Positions 38,701 to 51,299 of a DNA stretch of 64,000 nt are shown here, one piece after another. The position numbers were made by a program, and so were the translations under genes. Under the pieces are notes generated by a model, which was not told the origin of the DNA, made no database searches, and saw only the letters and a list, made by a program, of their open reading frames with translations. The stretch is from the NCBI RefSeq assembly GCF_009914755.1, contig NC_060940.1; one strand, 5' to 3'. Source of the DNA: the human T2T-CHM13v2.0 reference genome, Homo sapiens. Numbering within the stretch: the first letter of the stretch is position 1; each line of letters opens with the position of its first letter.

Positions 38701-41700
38701 AGCAGATTTGAAACACTCTTTTTGTGGAATTTGCAAGTGGAGATTTCAAGCGCTTCGATGCCAATGGTAGAAAAGGAAATATCTTCGTATAAAAACAAGA
38801 CAAACTCGTTCCCAGACACTGCGTAGTGATGTGTGTGTTTAACTCACAGAGTTTAACCTTTCTTTTCATACAGCATTCTGGAAACCCTGTGTTTGTAAAG
38901 TCTGCAAGTGGATATTTGGACCTCTTAGATGCCTTCGTTGGAAACGGGATTTCTTCATATAATGCTAGAGGGAAGAATTCTTAGTAACTTCTTTGTGTTG
39001 TGTGTATTCAACTGACAGAGTTGAACCTTCCTTTAGACAGAGCAGATTTGAAAGTCTCTTTTTGTGGAATTTGCAAGTGGAGATTTCAAGCGCTTTGAGG
39101 CCAAAAGCAGAAAAGGAAATATTTTCCTATAAAAACTAGACAGAATCTTTCTCAGAAACTGCTCTGGGATGTGTGCGTTCAACTCACAGAGTTTAACTTT
39201 TCTTTTCATTCAGCAGTTTGGAAACACTCTGTTTGGAAAGTCTGCACGTGGATATTTTGACCTCTTTGAGGCCTTCGTTGGAAACGGGTTTTTTTCATGT
39301 AAGGCTAGACAGAAGAAATCTCAGTAACTTCCTTGTGTTGTGTGTATTCAACTGACAGAGTTGAACCTTCCTTTAGACAGAGCAGATTCGAAACACTCTT
39401 TTTCTGCAATTTGCAAGTGGAGACTTCAAGCGCTTTGAGGCCAAAGGCAGAAAAGGAAATATCTTCGTATAAAAACCCGACAGAATCATTCTCAGAAACT
39501 GCTCTGTGATGTGTGCGTTCAACTCACAGAGTTTAACTTTTCTTTTCATTCAGCAGTTTGGAAACACTCTGTTTGTAAAGTCTGCAAGTGGATATCTTGG
39601 CCTCTTAGAGGCCTTCGTTGGAAACGGGTTTTTTCATGTAAGGTTAGACAGAGGAATTCCCACTAACTTCCTTGTGTTGTGTGCATTCAACTCACAGAGT
39701 TGAATGATTCTTTACACAGAGCAGATTTGAGACACTCTTTTGGTGGAATTTGTAAGTGGAGAATTCAGCCGCTTTGATGTCAACGGTAGAAAAGGAAATA
39801 TCTTCGTATAAAAACTAGACAGAATGATTCTCAGAAACTGTTTTGTGATGTGTGCTTTCAACTCACAGAGTTTAACCTTTCTTTTCAAAGAGCAGTTAGG
39901 AAACACTCTGTTTGTAAAGTCTGCAAGTGGATATTCAGACCTCTTTGAGGCCTTCGTTGGAAACGGGATTTCTTCATATTATGCTAGACAGATGAATTCT
40001 CAGTAACTTCCTTGTGTTGTGTGTATTCAACTCACAGAGTTGAACGATCCTTTACACAGAGCAGATTTGAAACACTGTTTTTCTGGAATTTGCAAGTGGA
40101 GATTTCAGCCGCTTTGAGGTCAATGGTAGAAAAGGAAATATCTTCGTATAAAAACTAGACAGAATGATTCTCAGAAACTCCTTTGTGATGTGTGCGTTCA
40201 ACTCACAGAGTTTAACCTTTCTTTTCACAGAGCAGTTAGGAAACACTCTGTTTGTGAAGCCTGCCAGTGGATATTCGGACCTCTTTGAGGCCTTCGTTGG
40301 AAACGGGATTTCTTCATATTATGCTAGACAGAAGATTTCTCAGTAACTTCTTTGTGTTGTGTGTATGCAACTCACAGAGTTCAACCTTCCTTTAGACAGA
40401 GCAGATTTGAAACACTCTTTTTGTGGAATTTGCAAGTGGAGATTTCAAGCGCTTCGATGCCAATGGTAGAAAAGGAAATATCTTCGTATAAAAACAAGAC
40501 AAACTCGTTCCCAGACACTGCGTAGTGATGTGTGTGTTTAACTCACAGAGTTTAACCTTTCTTTTCATACAGCATTCTGGAAACCCTCTGTTTGTAAAGT
40601 CTGCAAGTGGATATTTGGACCTCTTAGATGCCTTCGTTGGAAACGGGATTTCTTCATATAATGCTAGAGGGAAGAATTCTTAGTAACTTCTTTGTGTTGT
40701 GTGTATTCAACTGACAGAGTTGAACCTTCCTTTAGACAGAGCAGATTTGAAAGTCTCTTTTTGTGGAATTTGCAAGTGGAGATTTCAAGCGCTTTGAGGC
40801 CAAAAGCAGAAAAGGAAATATTTTCCTATAAAAACTCGACAGAATCTTTCTCAGAAACTGCTCTGGGATGTGTGCGTTCAACTCACAGAGTTTAACTTTT
40901 CTTTTCATTCAGCAGTTTGGAAACACTCTGTTTGGAAAGTCTGCACGTGGATATTTTGACCTCTTTGAGGCCTTCGTTGGAAACGGGTTTTTTTCATGTA
41001 AGGCTAGACAGAAGAAATCTCAGTAACTTCCTTGTGTTGTGTGTATTCAACTGACAGAGTTGAACCTTCCTTTAGACAGAGCAGATTCGAAACACTCTTT
41101 TTCTGCAATTTGCAAGTGGAGACTTCAAGCGCTTTGAGGCCAAAGGCAGAAAAGGAAATATCTTCGTATAAAAACCCGACAGAATCATTCTCAGAAACTG
41201 CTCTGTGATGTGTGCGTTCAACTCACAGAGTTTAACTTTTCTTTTCATTCAGCAGTTTGGAAACACTCTGTTTGTAAAGTCTGCAAGTGGATATCTTGGC
41301 CTCTTAGAGGCCTTCGTTGGAAACGGGTTTTTTCATGTAAGGATAGACAGAGGAATTCCCAGTAACTTCCTTGTGTTGTGTGCATTCAACTCACAGAGTT
41401 GAATGATTCTTTACACAGAGCAGATTTGAGACACTCTTTTGGTGGAATTTGTAAGTGGAGAATTCAGCCGCTTTGAGGTCAACGGTAGAAAAGGAAATAT
41501 CTTCGTATAAAAACTAGACAGAATGATTCTCAGAAACTGTTTTGTGATGTGTGCGTTCAACTCACAGAGTTTAACCTTTCTTTTCAAAGAGCAGTTAGGA
41601 AACACTCTGTTTGTAAAGTCTGCAAGTGGATATTCAGACCTCTTTGAGGCCTTCGTTGGAAACGGGATTTCTTCATATTATGCTAGACAGATGAATTCTC

Positions 41701-44700
41701 AGTAACTTCCTTGTGTTGTGTGTATTCAACTCACAGAGTTGAACGATCCTTTACACAGAGCAGATTTGAAACACTGTTTTTCTGGAATTTGCAAGTGGAG
41801 ATTTCAGCCGCTTTGAGGTCAATGGTAGAAAAGGAAATATCTTCGTATAAAAACTAGACAGAATGATTCTCAGAAACTCCTTTGTGATGTGTGCGTTCAA
41901 CTCACAGAGTTTAACCTTTCTTTTCACAGAGCAGTTAGGAAACACTCTGTTTGTGAAGCCTGCCAGTGGATATTCGGACCTCTTTGAGGCCTTCGTTGGA
42001 AACGGGATTTCTTCATATTATGCTAGACAGAAGATTTCTCAGTAACTTCTTTGTGTTGTGTGTATGCAACTCACAGAGTTCAACCTTCCTTTAGACAGAG
42101 CAGATTTGAAACACTCTTTTTGTGGAATTTGCAAGTGGAGATTTCAAGCGCTTCGATGCCAATGGTAGAAAAGGAAATATCTTCGTATAAAAACAAGACA
42201 AACTCGTTCCCAGACACTGCGTAGTGATGTGTGTGTTTAACTCACAGAGTTTAACCTTTCTTTTCATACAGCATTCTGGAAACCCTGTGTTTGTAAAGTC
42301 TGCAAGTGGATATTTGGACCTCTTAGATGCCTTCGTTGGAAACGGGATTTCTTCATATAATGCTAGAGGGAAGAATTCTTAGTAACTTCTTTGTGTTGTG
42401 TGTATTCAACTGACAGAGTTGAACCTTCCTTTAGACAGAGCAGATTTGAAAGTCTCTTTTTGTGGAATTTGCAAGTGGAGATTTCAAGCGCTTTGAGGCC
42501 AAAAGCAGAAAAGGAAATATTTTCCTATAAAAACTAGACAGAATCTTTCTCAGAAACTGCTCTGGGATGTGTGCGTTCAACTCACAGAGTTTAACTTTTC
42601 TTTTCATTCAGCAGTTTGGAAACACTCTGTTTGGAAAGTCTGCACGTGGATATTTTGACCTCTTTGAGGCCTTCGTTGGAAACGGGTTTTTTTCATGTAA
42701 GGCTAGACAGAAGAAATCTCAGTAACTTCCTTGTGTTGTGTGTATTCAACTGACAGAGTTGAACCTTCCTTTAGACAGAGCAGATTCGAAACACTCTTTT
42801 TCTGCAATTTGCAAGTGGAGACTTCAAGCGCTTTGAGGCCAAAGGCAGAAAAGGAAATATCTTCGTATAAAAACCCGACAGAATCATTCTCAGAAACTGC
42901 TCTGTGATGTGTGCGTTCAACTCACAGAGTTTAACTTTTCTTTTCATTCAGCAGTTTGGAAACACTCTGTTTGTAAAGTCTGCAAGTGGATATCTTGGCC
43001 TCTTAGAGGCCTTCGTTGGAAACGGGTTTTTTCATGTAAGGTTAGACAGAGGAATTCCCACTAACTTCCTTGTGTTGTGTGCATTCAACTCACAGAGTTG
43101 AATGATTCTTTACACAGAGCAGATTTGAGACACTCTTTTGGTGGAATTTGTAAGTGGAGAATTCAGCCGCTTTGATGTCAACGGTAGAAAAGGAAATATC
43201 TTCGTATAAAAACTAGACAGAATGATTCTCAGAAACTGTTTTGTGATGTGTGCTTTCAACTCACAGAGTTTAACCTTTCTTTTCAAAGAGCAGTTAGGAA
43301 ACACTCTGTTTGTAAAGTCTGCAAGTGGATATTCAGACCTCTTTGAGGCCTTCGTTGGAAACGGGATTTCTTCATATTATGCTAGACAGATGAATTCTCA
43401 GTAACTTCCTTGTGTTGTGTGTATTCAACTCACAGAGTTGAACGATCCTTTACACAGAGCAGATTTGAAACACTGTTTTTCTGGAATTTGCAAGTGGAGA
43501 TTTCAGCCGCTTTGAGGTCAATGGTAGAAAAGGAAATATCTTCGTATAAAAACTAGACAGAATGATTCTCAGAAACTCCTTTGTGATGTGTGCGTTCAAC
43601 TCACAGAGTTTAACCTTTCTTTTCACAGAGCAGTTAGGAAACACTCTGTTTGTGAAGCCTGCCAGTGGATATTCGGACCTCTTTGAGGCCTTCGTTGGAA
43701 ACGGGATTTCTTCATATTATGCTAGACAGAAGATTTCTCAGTAACTTCTTTGTGTTGTGTGTATGCAACTCACAGAGTTCAACCTTCCTTTAGACAGAGC
43801 AGATTTGAAACACTCTTTTTGTGGAATTTGCAAGTGGAGATTTCAAGCGCTTCGATGCCAATGGTAGAAAAGGAAATATCTTCGTATAAAAACAAGACAA
43901 ACTCGTTCCCAGACACTGCGTAGTGATGTGTGTGTTTAACTCACAGAGTTTAACCTTTCTTTTCATACAGCATTCTGGAAACCCTCTGTTTGTAAAGTCT
44001 GCAAGTGGATATTTGGACCTCTTAGATGCCTTCGTTGGAAACGGGATTTCTTCATATAATGCTAGAGGGAAGAATTCTTAGTAACTTCTTTGTGTTGTGT
44101 GTATTCAACTGACAGAGTTGAACCTTCCTTTAGACAGAGCAGATTTGAAAGTCTCTTTTTGTGGAATTTGCAAGTGGAGATTTCAAGCGCTTTGAGGCCA
44201 AAAGCAGAAAAGGAAATATTTTCCTATAAAAACTCGACAGAATCTTTCTCAGAAACTGCTCTGGGATGTGTGCGTTCAACTCACAGAGTTTAACTTTTCT
44301 TTTCATTCAGCAGTTTGGAAACACTCTGTTTGGAAAGTCTGCACGTGGATATTTTGACCTCTTTGAGGCCTTCGTTGGAAACGGGTTTTTTTCATGTAAG
44401 GCTAGACAGAAGAAATCTCAGTAACTTCCTTGTGTTGTGTGTATTCAACTGACAGAGTTGAACCTTCCTTTAGACAGAGCAGATTCGAAACACTCTTTTT
44501 CTGCAATTTGCAAGTGGAGACTTCAAGCGCTTTGAGGCCAAAGGCAGAAAAGGAAATATCTTCGTATAAAAACCCGACAGAATCATTCTCAGAAACTGCT
44601 CTGTGATGTGTGCGTTCAACTCACAGAGTTTAACTTTTCTTTTCATTCAGCAGTTTGGAAACACTCTGTTTGTAAAGTCTGCAAGTGGATATCTTGGCCT

Positions 44701-47700
44701 CTTAGAGGCCTTCGTTGGAAACGGGTTTTTTCATGTAAGGATAGACAGAGGAATTCCCAGTAACTTCCTTGTGTTGTGTGCATTCAACTCACAGAGTTGA
44801 ATGATTCTTTACACAGAGCAGATTTGAGACACTCTTTTGGTGGAATTTGTAAGTGGAGAATTCAGCCGCTTTGAGGTCAACGGTAGAAAAGGAAATATCT
44901 TCGTATAAAAACTAGACAGAATGATTCTCAGAAACTGTTTTGTGATGTGTGCGTTCAACTCACAGAGTTTAACCTTTCTTTTCAAAGAGCAGTTAGGAAA
45001 CACTCTGTTTGTAAAGTCTGCAAGTGGATATTCAGACCTCTTTGAGGCCTTCGTTGGAAACGGGATTTCTTCATATTATGCTAGACAGATGAATTCTCAG
45101 TAACTTCCTTGTGTTGTGTGTATTCAACTCACAGAGTTGAACGATCCTTTACACAGAGCAGATTTGAAACACTGTTTTTCTGGAATTTGCAAGTGGAGAT
45201 TTCAGCCGCTTTGAGGTCAATGGTAGAAAAGGAAATATCTTCGTATAAAAACTAGACAGAATGATTCTCAGAAACTCCTTTGTGATGTGTGCGTTCAACT
45301 CACAGAGTTTAACCTTTCTTTTCACAGAGCAGTTAGGAAACACTCTGTTTGTGAAGCCTGCCAGTGGATATTCGGACCTCTTTGAGGCCTTCGTTGGAAA
45401 CGGGATTTCTTCATATTATGCTAGACAGAAGATTTCTCAGTAACTTCTTTGTGTTGTGTGTATGCAACTCACAGAGTTCAACCTTCCTTTAGACAGAGCA
45501 GATTTGAAACACTCTTTTTGTGGAATTTGCAAGTGGAGATTTCAAGCGCTTCGATGCCAATGGTAGAAAAGGAAATATCTTCGTATAAAAACAAGACAAA
45601 CTCGTTCCCAGACACTGCGTAGTGATGTGTGTGTTTAACTCACAGAGTTTAACCTTTCTTTTCATACAGCATTCTGGAAACCCTGTGTTTGTAAAGTCTG
45701 CAAGTGGATATTTGGACCTCTTAGATGCCTTCGTTGGAAACGGGATTTCTTCATATAATGCTAGAGGGAAGAATTCTTAGTAACTTCTTTGTGTTGTGTG
45801 TATTCAACTGACAGAGTTGAACCTTCCTTTAGACAGAGCAGATTTGAAAGTCTCTTTTTGTGGAATTTGCAAGTGGAGATTTCAAGCGCTTTGAGGCCAA
45901 AAGCAGAAAAGGAAATATTTTCCTATAAAAACTCGACAGAATCTTTCTCAGAAACTGCTCTGGGATGTGTGCGTTCAACTCACAGAGTTTAACTTTTCTT
46001 TTCATTCAGCAGTTTGGAAACACTCTGTTTGGAAAGTCTGCACGTGGATATTTTGACCTCTTTGAGGCCTTCGTTGGAAACGGGTTTTTTTCATGTAAGG
46101 CTAGACAGAAGAAATCTCAGTAACTTCCTTGTGTTGTGTGTATTCAACTGACAGAGTTGAACCTTCCTTTAGACAGAGCAGATTCGAAACACTCTTTTTC
46201 TGCAATTTGCAAGTGGAGACTTCAAGCGCTTTGAGGCCAAAGGCAGAAAAGGAAATATCTTCGTATAAAAACCCGACAGAATCATTCTCAGAAACTGCTC
46301 TGTGATGTGTGCGTTCAACTCACAGAGTTTAACTTTTCTTTTCATTCAGCAGTTTGGAAACACTCTGTTTGTAAAGTCTGCAAGTGGATATCTTGGCCTC
46401 TTAGAGGCCTTCGTTGGAAACGGGTTTTTTCATGTAAGGATAGACAGAGGAATTCCCAGTAACTTCCTTGTGTTGTGTGCATTCAACTCACAGAGTTGAA
46501 TGATTCTTTACACAGAGCAGATTTGAGACACTCTTTTGGTGGAATTTGTAAGTGGAGAATTCAGCCGCTTTGAGGTCAACGGTAGAAAAGGAAATATCTT
46601 CGTATAAAAACTAGACAGAATGATTCTCAGAAACTGTTTTGTGATGTGTGCGTTCAACTCACAGAGTTTAACCTTTCTTTTCAAAGAGCAGTTAGGAAAC
46701 ACTCTGTTTGTAAAGTCTGCAAGTGGATATTCAGACCTCTTTGAGGCCTTCGTTGGAAACGGGATTTCTTCATATTATGCTAGACAGATGAATTCTCAGT
46801 AACTTCCTTGTGTTGTGTGTATTCAACTCACAGAGTTGAACGATCCTTTACACAGAGCAGATTTGAAACACTGTTTTTCTGGAATTTGCAAGTGGAGATT
46901 TCAGCCGCTTTGAGGTCAATGGTAGAAAAGGAAATATCTTCGTATAAAAACTAGACAGAATGATTCTCAGAAACTCCTTTGTGATGTGTGCGTTCAACTC
47001 ACAGAGTTTAACCTTTCTTTTCACAGAGCAGTTAGGAAACACTCTGTTTGTGAAGCCTGCCAGTGGATATTCGGACCTCTTTGAGGCCTTCGTTGGAAAC
47101 GGGATTTCTTCATATTATGCTAGACAGAAGATTTCTCAGTAACTTCTTTGTGTTGTGTGTATGCAACTCACAGAGTTCAACCTTCCTTTAGACAGAGCAG
47201 ATTTGAAACACTCTTTTTGTGGAATTTGCAAGTGGAGATTTCAAGCGCTTCGATGCCAATGGTAGAAAAGGAAATATCTTCGTATAAAAACAAGACAAAC
47301 TCGTTCCCAGACACTGCGTAGTGATGTGTGTGTTTAACTCACAGAGTTTAACCTTTCTTTTCATACAGCATTCTGGAAACCCTGTGTTTGTAAAGTCTGC
47401 AAGTGGATATTTGGACCTCTTAGATGCCTTCGTTGGAAACGGGATTTCTTCATATAATGCTAGAGGGAAGAATTCTTAGTAACTTCTTTGTGTTGTGTGT
47501 ATTCAACTGACAGAGTTGAACCTTCCTTTAGACAGAGCAGATTTGAAAGTCTCTTTTTGTGGAATTTGCAAGTGGAGATTTCAAGCGCTTTGAGGCCAAA
47601 AGCAGAAAAGGAAATATTTTCCTATAAAAACTAGACAGAATCTTTCTCAGAAACTGCTCTGGGATGTGTGCGTTCAACTCACAGAGTTTAACTTTTCTTT

Positions 47701-50700
47701 TCATTCAGCAGTTTGGAAACACTCTGTTTGGAAAGTCTGCACGTGGATATTTTGACCTCTTTGAGGCCTTCGTTGGAAACGGGTTTTTTTCATGTAAGGC
47801 TAGACAGAAGAAATCTCAGTAACTTCCTTGTGTTGTGTGTATTCAACTGACAGAGTTGAACCTTCCTTTAGACAGAGCAGATTCGAAACACTCTTTTTCT
47901 GCAATTTGCAAGTGGAGACTTCAAGCGCTTTGAGGCCAAAGGCAGAAAAGGAAATATCTTCGTATAAAAACCCGACAGAATCATTCTCAGAAACTGCTCT
48001 GTGATGTGTGCGTTCAACTCACAGAGTTTAACTTTTCTTTTCATTCAGCAGTTTGGAAACACTCTGTTTGTAAAGTCTGCAAGTGGATATCTTGGCCTCT
48101 TAGAGGCCTTCGTTGGAAACGGGTTTTTTCATGTAAGGTTAGACAGAGGAATTCCCACTAACTTCCTTGTGTTGTGTGCATTCAACTCACAGAGTTGAAT
48201 GATTCTTTACACAGAGCAGATTTGAGACACTCTTTTGGTGGAATTTGTAAGTGGAGAATTCAGCCGCTTTGAGGTCAACGGTAGAAAAGGAAATATCTTC
48301 GTATAAAAACTAGACAGAATGATTCTCAGAAACTGTTTTGTGATGTGTGCTTTCAACTCACAGAGTTTAACCTTTCTTTTCAAAGAGCAGTTAGGAAACA
48401 CTCTGTTTGTAAAGTCTGCAAGTGGATATTCAGACCTCTTTGAGGCCTTCGTTGGAAACGGGATTTCTTCATATTATGCTAGACAGATGAATTCTCAGTA
48501 ACTTCCTTGTGTTGTGTGTATTCAACTCACAGAGTTGAACGATCCTTTACACAGAGCAGATTTGAAACACTGTTTTTCTGGAATTTGCAAGTGGAGATTT
48601 CAGCCGCTTTGAGGTCAATGGTAGAAAAGGAAATATCTTCGTATAAAAACTAGACAGAATGATTCTCAGAAACTCCTTTGTGATGTGTGCGTTCAACTCA
48701 CAGAGTTTAACCTTTCTTTTCACAGAGCAGTTAGGAAACACTCTGTTTGTGAAGCCTGCCAGTGGATATTCGGACCTCTTTGAGGCCTTCGTTGGAAACG
48801 GGATTTCTTCATATTATGCTAGACAGAAGATTTCTCAGTAACTTCTTTGTGTTGTGTGTATGCAACTCACAGAGTTCAACCTTCCTTTAGACAGAGCAGA
48901 TTTGAAACACTCTTTTTGTGGAATTTGCAAGTGGAGATTTCAAGCGCTTCGATGCCAATGGTAGAAAAGGAAATATCTTCGTATAAAAACAAGACAAACT
49001 CGTTCCCAGACACTGCGTAGTGATGTGTGTGTTTAACTCACAGAGTTTAACCTTTCTTTTCATACAGCATTCTGGAAACCCTCTGTTTGTAAAGTCTGCA
49101 AGTGGATATTTGGACCTCTTAGATGCCTTCGTTGGAAACGGGATTTCTTCATATAATGCTAGAGGGAAGAATTCTTAGTAACTTCTTTGTGTTGTGTGTA
49201 TTCAACTGACAGAGTTGAACCTTCCTTTAGACAGAGCAGATTTGAAAGTCTCTTTTTGTGGAATTTGCAAGTGGAGATTTCAAGCGCTTTGAGGCCAAAA
49301 GCAGAAAAGGAAATATTTTCCTATAAAAACTCGACAGAATCTTTCTCAGAAACTGCTCTGGGATGTGTGCGTTCAACTCACAGAGTTTAACTTTTCTTTT
49401 CATTCAGCAGTTTGGAAACACTCTGTTTGGAAAGTCTGCACGTGGATATTTTGACCTCTTTGAGGCCTTCGTTGGAAACGGGTTTTTTTCATGTAAGGCT
49501 AGACAGAAGAAATCTCAGTAACTTCCTTGTGTTGTGTGTATTCAACTGACAGAGTTGAACCTTCCTTTAGACAGAGCAGATTCGAAACACTCTTTTTCTG
49601 CAATTTGCAAGTGGAGACTTCAAGCGCTTTGAGGCCAAAGGCAGAAAAGGAAATATCTTCGTATAAAAACCCGACAGAATCATTCTCAGAAACTGCTCTG
49701 TGATGTGTGCGTTCAACTCACAGAGTTTAACTTTTCTTTTCATTCAGCAGTTTGGAAACACTCTGTTTGTAAAGTCTGCAAGTGGATATCTTGGCCTCTT
49801 AGAGGCCTTCGTTGGAAACGGGTTTTTTCATGTAAGGATAGACAGAGGAATTCCCAGTAACTTCCTTGTGTTGTGTGCATTCAACTCACAGAGTTGAATG
49901 ATTCTTTACACAGAGCAGATTTGAGACACTCTTTTGGTGGAATTTGTAAGTGGAGAATTCAGCCGCTTTGAGGTCAACGGTAGAAAAGGAAATATCTTCG
50001 TATAAAAACTAGACAGAATGATTCTCAGAAACTGTTTTGTGATGTGTGCGTTCAACTCACAGAGTTTAACCTTTCTTTTCAAAGAGCAGTTAGGAAACAC
50101 TCTGTTTGTAAAGTCTGCAAGTGGATATTCAGACCTCTTTGAGGCCTTCGTTGGAAACGGGATTTCTTCATATTATGCTAGACAGATGAATTCTCAGTAA
50201 CTTCCTTGTGTTGTGTGTATTCAACTCACAGAGTTGAACGATCCTTTACACAGAGCAGATTTGAAACACTGTTTTTCTGGAATTTGCAAGTGGAGATTTC
50301 AGCCGCTTTGAGGTCAATGGTAGAAAAGGAAATATCTTCGTATAAAAACTAGACAGAATGATTCTCAGAAACTCCTTTGTGATGTGTGCGTTCAACTCAC
50401 AGAGTTTAACCTTTCTTTTCACAGAGCAGTTAGGAAACACTCTGTTTGTGAAGCCTGCCAGTGGATATTCGGACCTCTTTGAGGCCTTCGTTGGAAACGG
50501 GATTTCTTCATATTATGCTAGACAGAAGATTTCTCAGTAACTTCTTTGTGTTGTGTGTATGCAACTCACAGAGTTCAACCTTCCTTTAGACAGAGCAGAT
50601 TTGAAACACTCTTTTTGTGGAATTTGCAAGTGGAGATTTCAAGCGCTTCGATGCCAATGGTAGAAAAGGAAATATCTTCGTATAAAAACAAGACAAACTC

Positions 50701-51299
50701 GTTCCCAGACACTGCGTAGTGATGTGTGTGTTTAACTCACAGAGTTTAACCTTTCTTTTCATACAGCATTCTGGAAACCCTGTGTTTGTAAAGTCTGCAA
50801 GTGGATATTTGGACCTCTTAGATGCCTTCGTTGGAAACGGGATTTCTTCATATAATGCTAGAGGGAAGAATTCTTAGTAACTTCTTTGTGTTGTGTGTAT
50901 TCAACTGACAGAGTTGAACCTTCCTTTAGACAGAGCAGATTTGAAAGTCTCTTTTTGTGGAATTTGCAAGTGGAGATTTCAAGCGCTTTGAGGCCAAAAG
51001 CAGAAAAGGAAATATTTTCCTATAAAAACTAGACAGAATCTTTCTCAGAAACTGCTCTGGGATGTGTGCGTTCAACTCACAGAGTTTAACTTTTCTTTTC
51101 ATTCAGCAGTTTGGAAACACTCTGTTTGGAAAGTCTGCACGTGGATATTTTGACCTCTTTGAGGCCTTCGTTGGAAACGGGTTTTTTTCATGTAAGGCTA
51201 GACAGAAGAAATCTCAGTAACTTCCTTGTGTTGTGTGTATTCAACTGACAGAGTTGAACCTTCCTTTAGACAGAGCAGATTCGAAACACTCTTTTTCTG

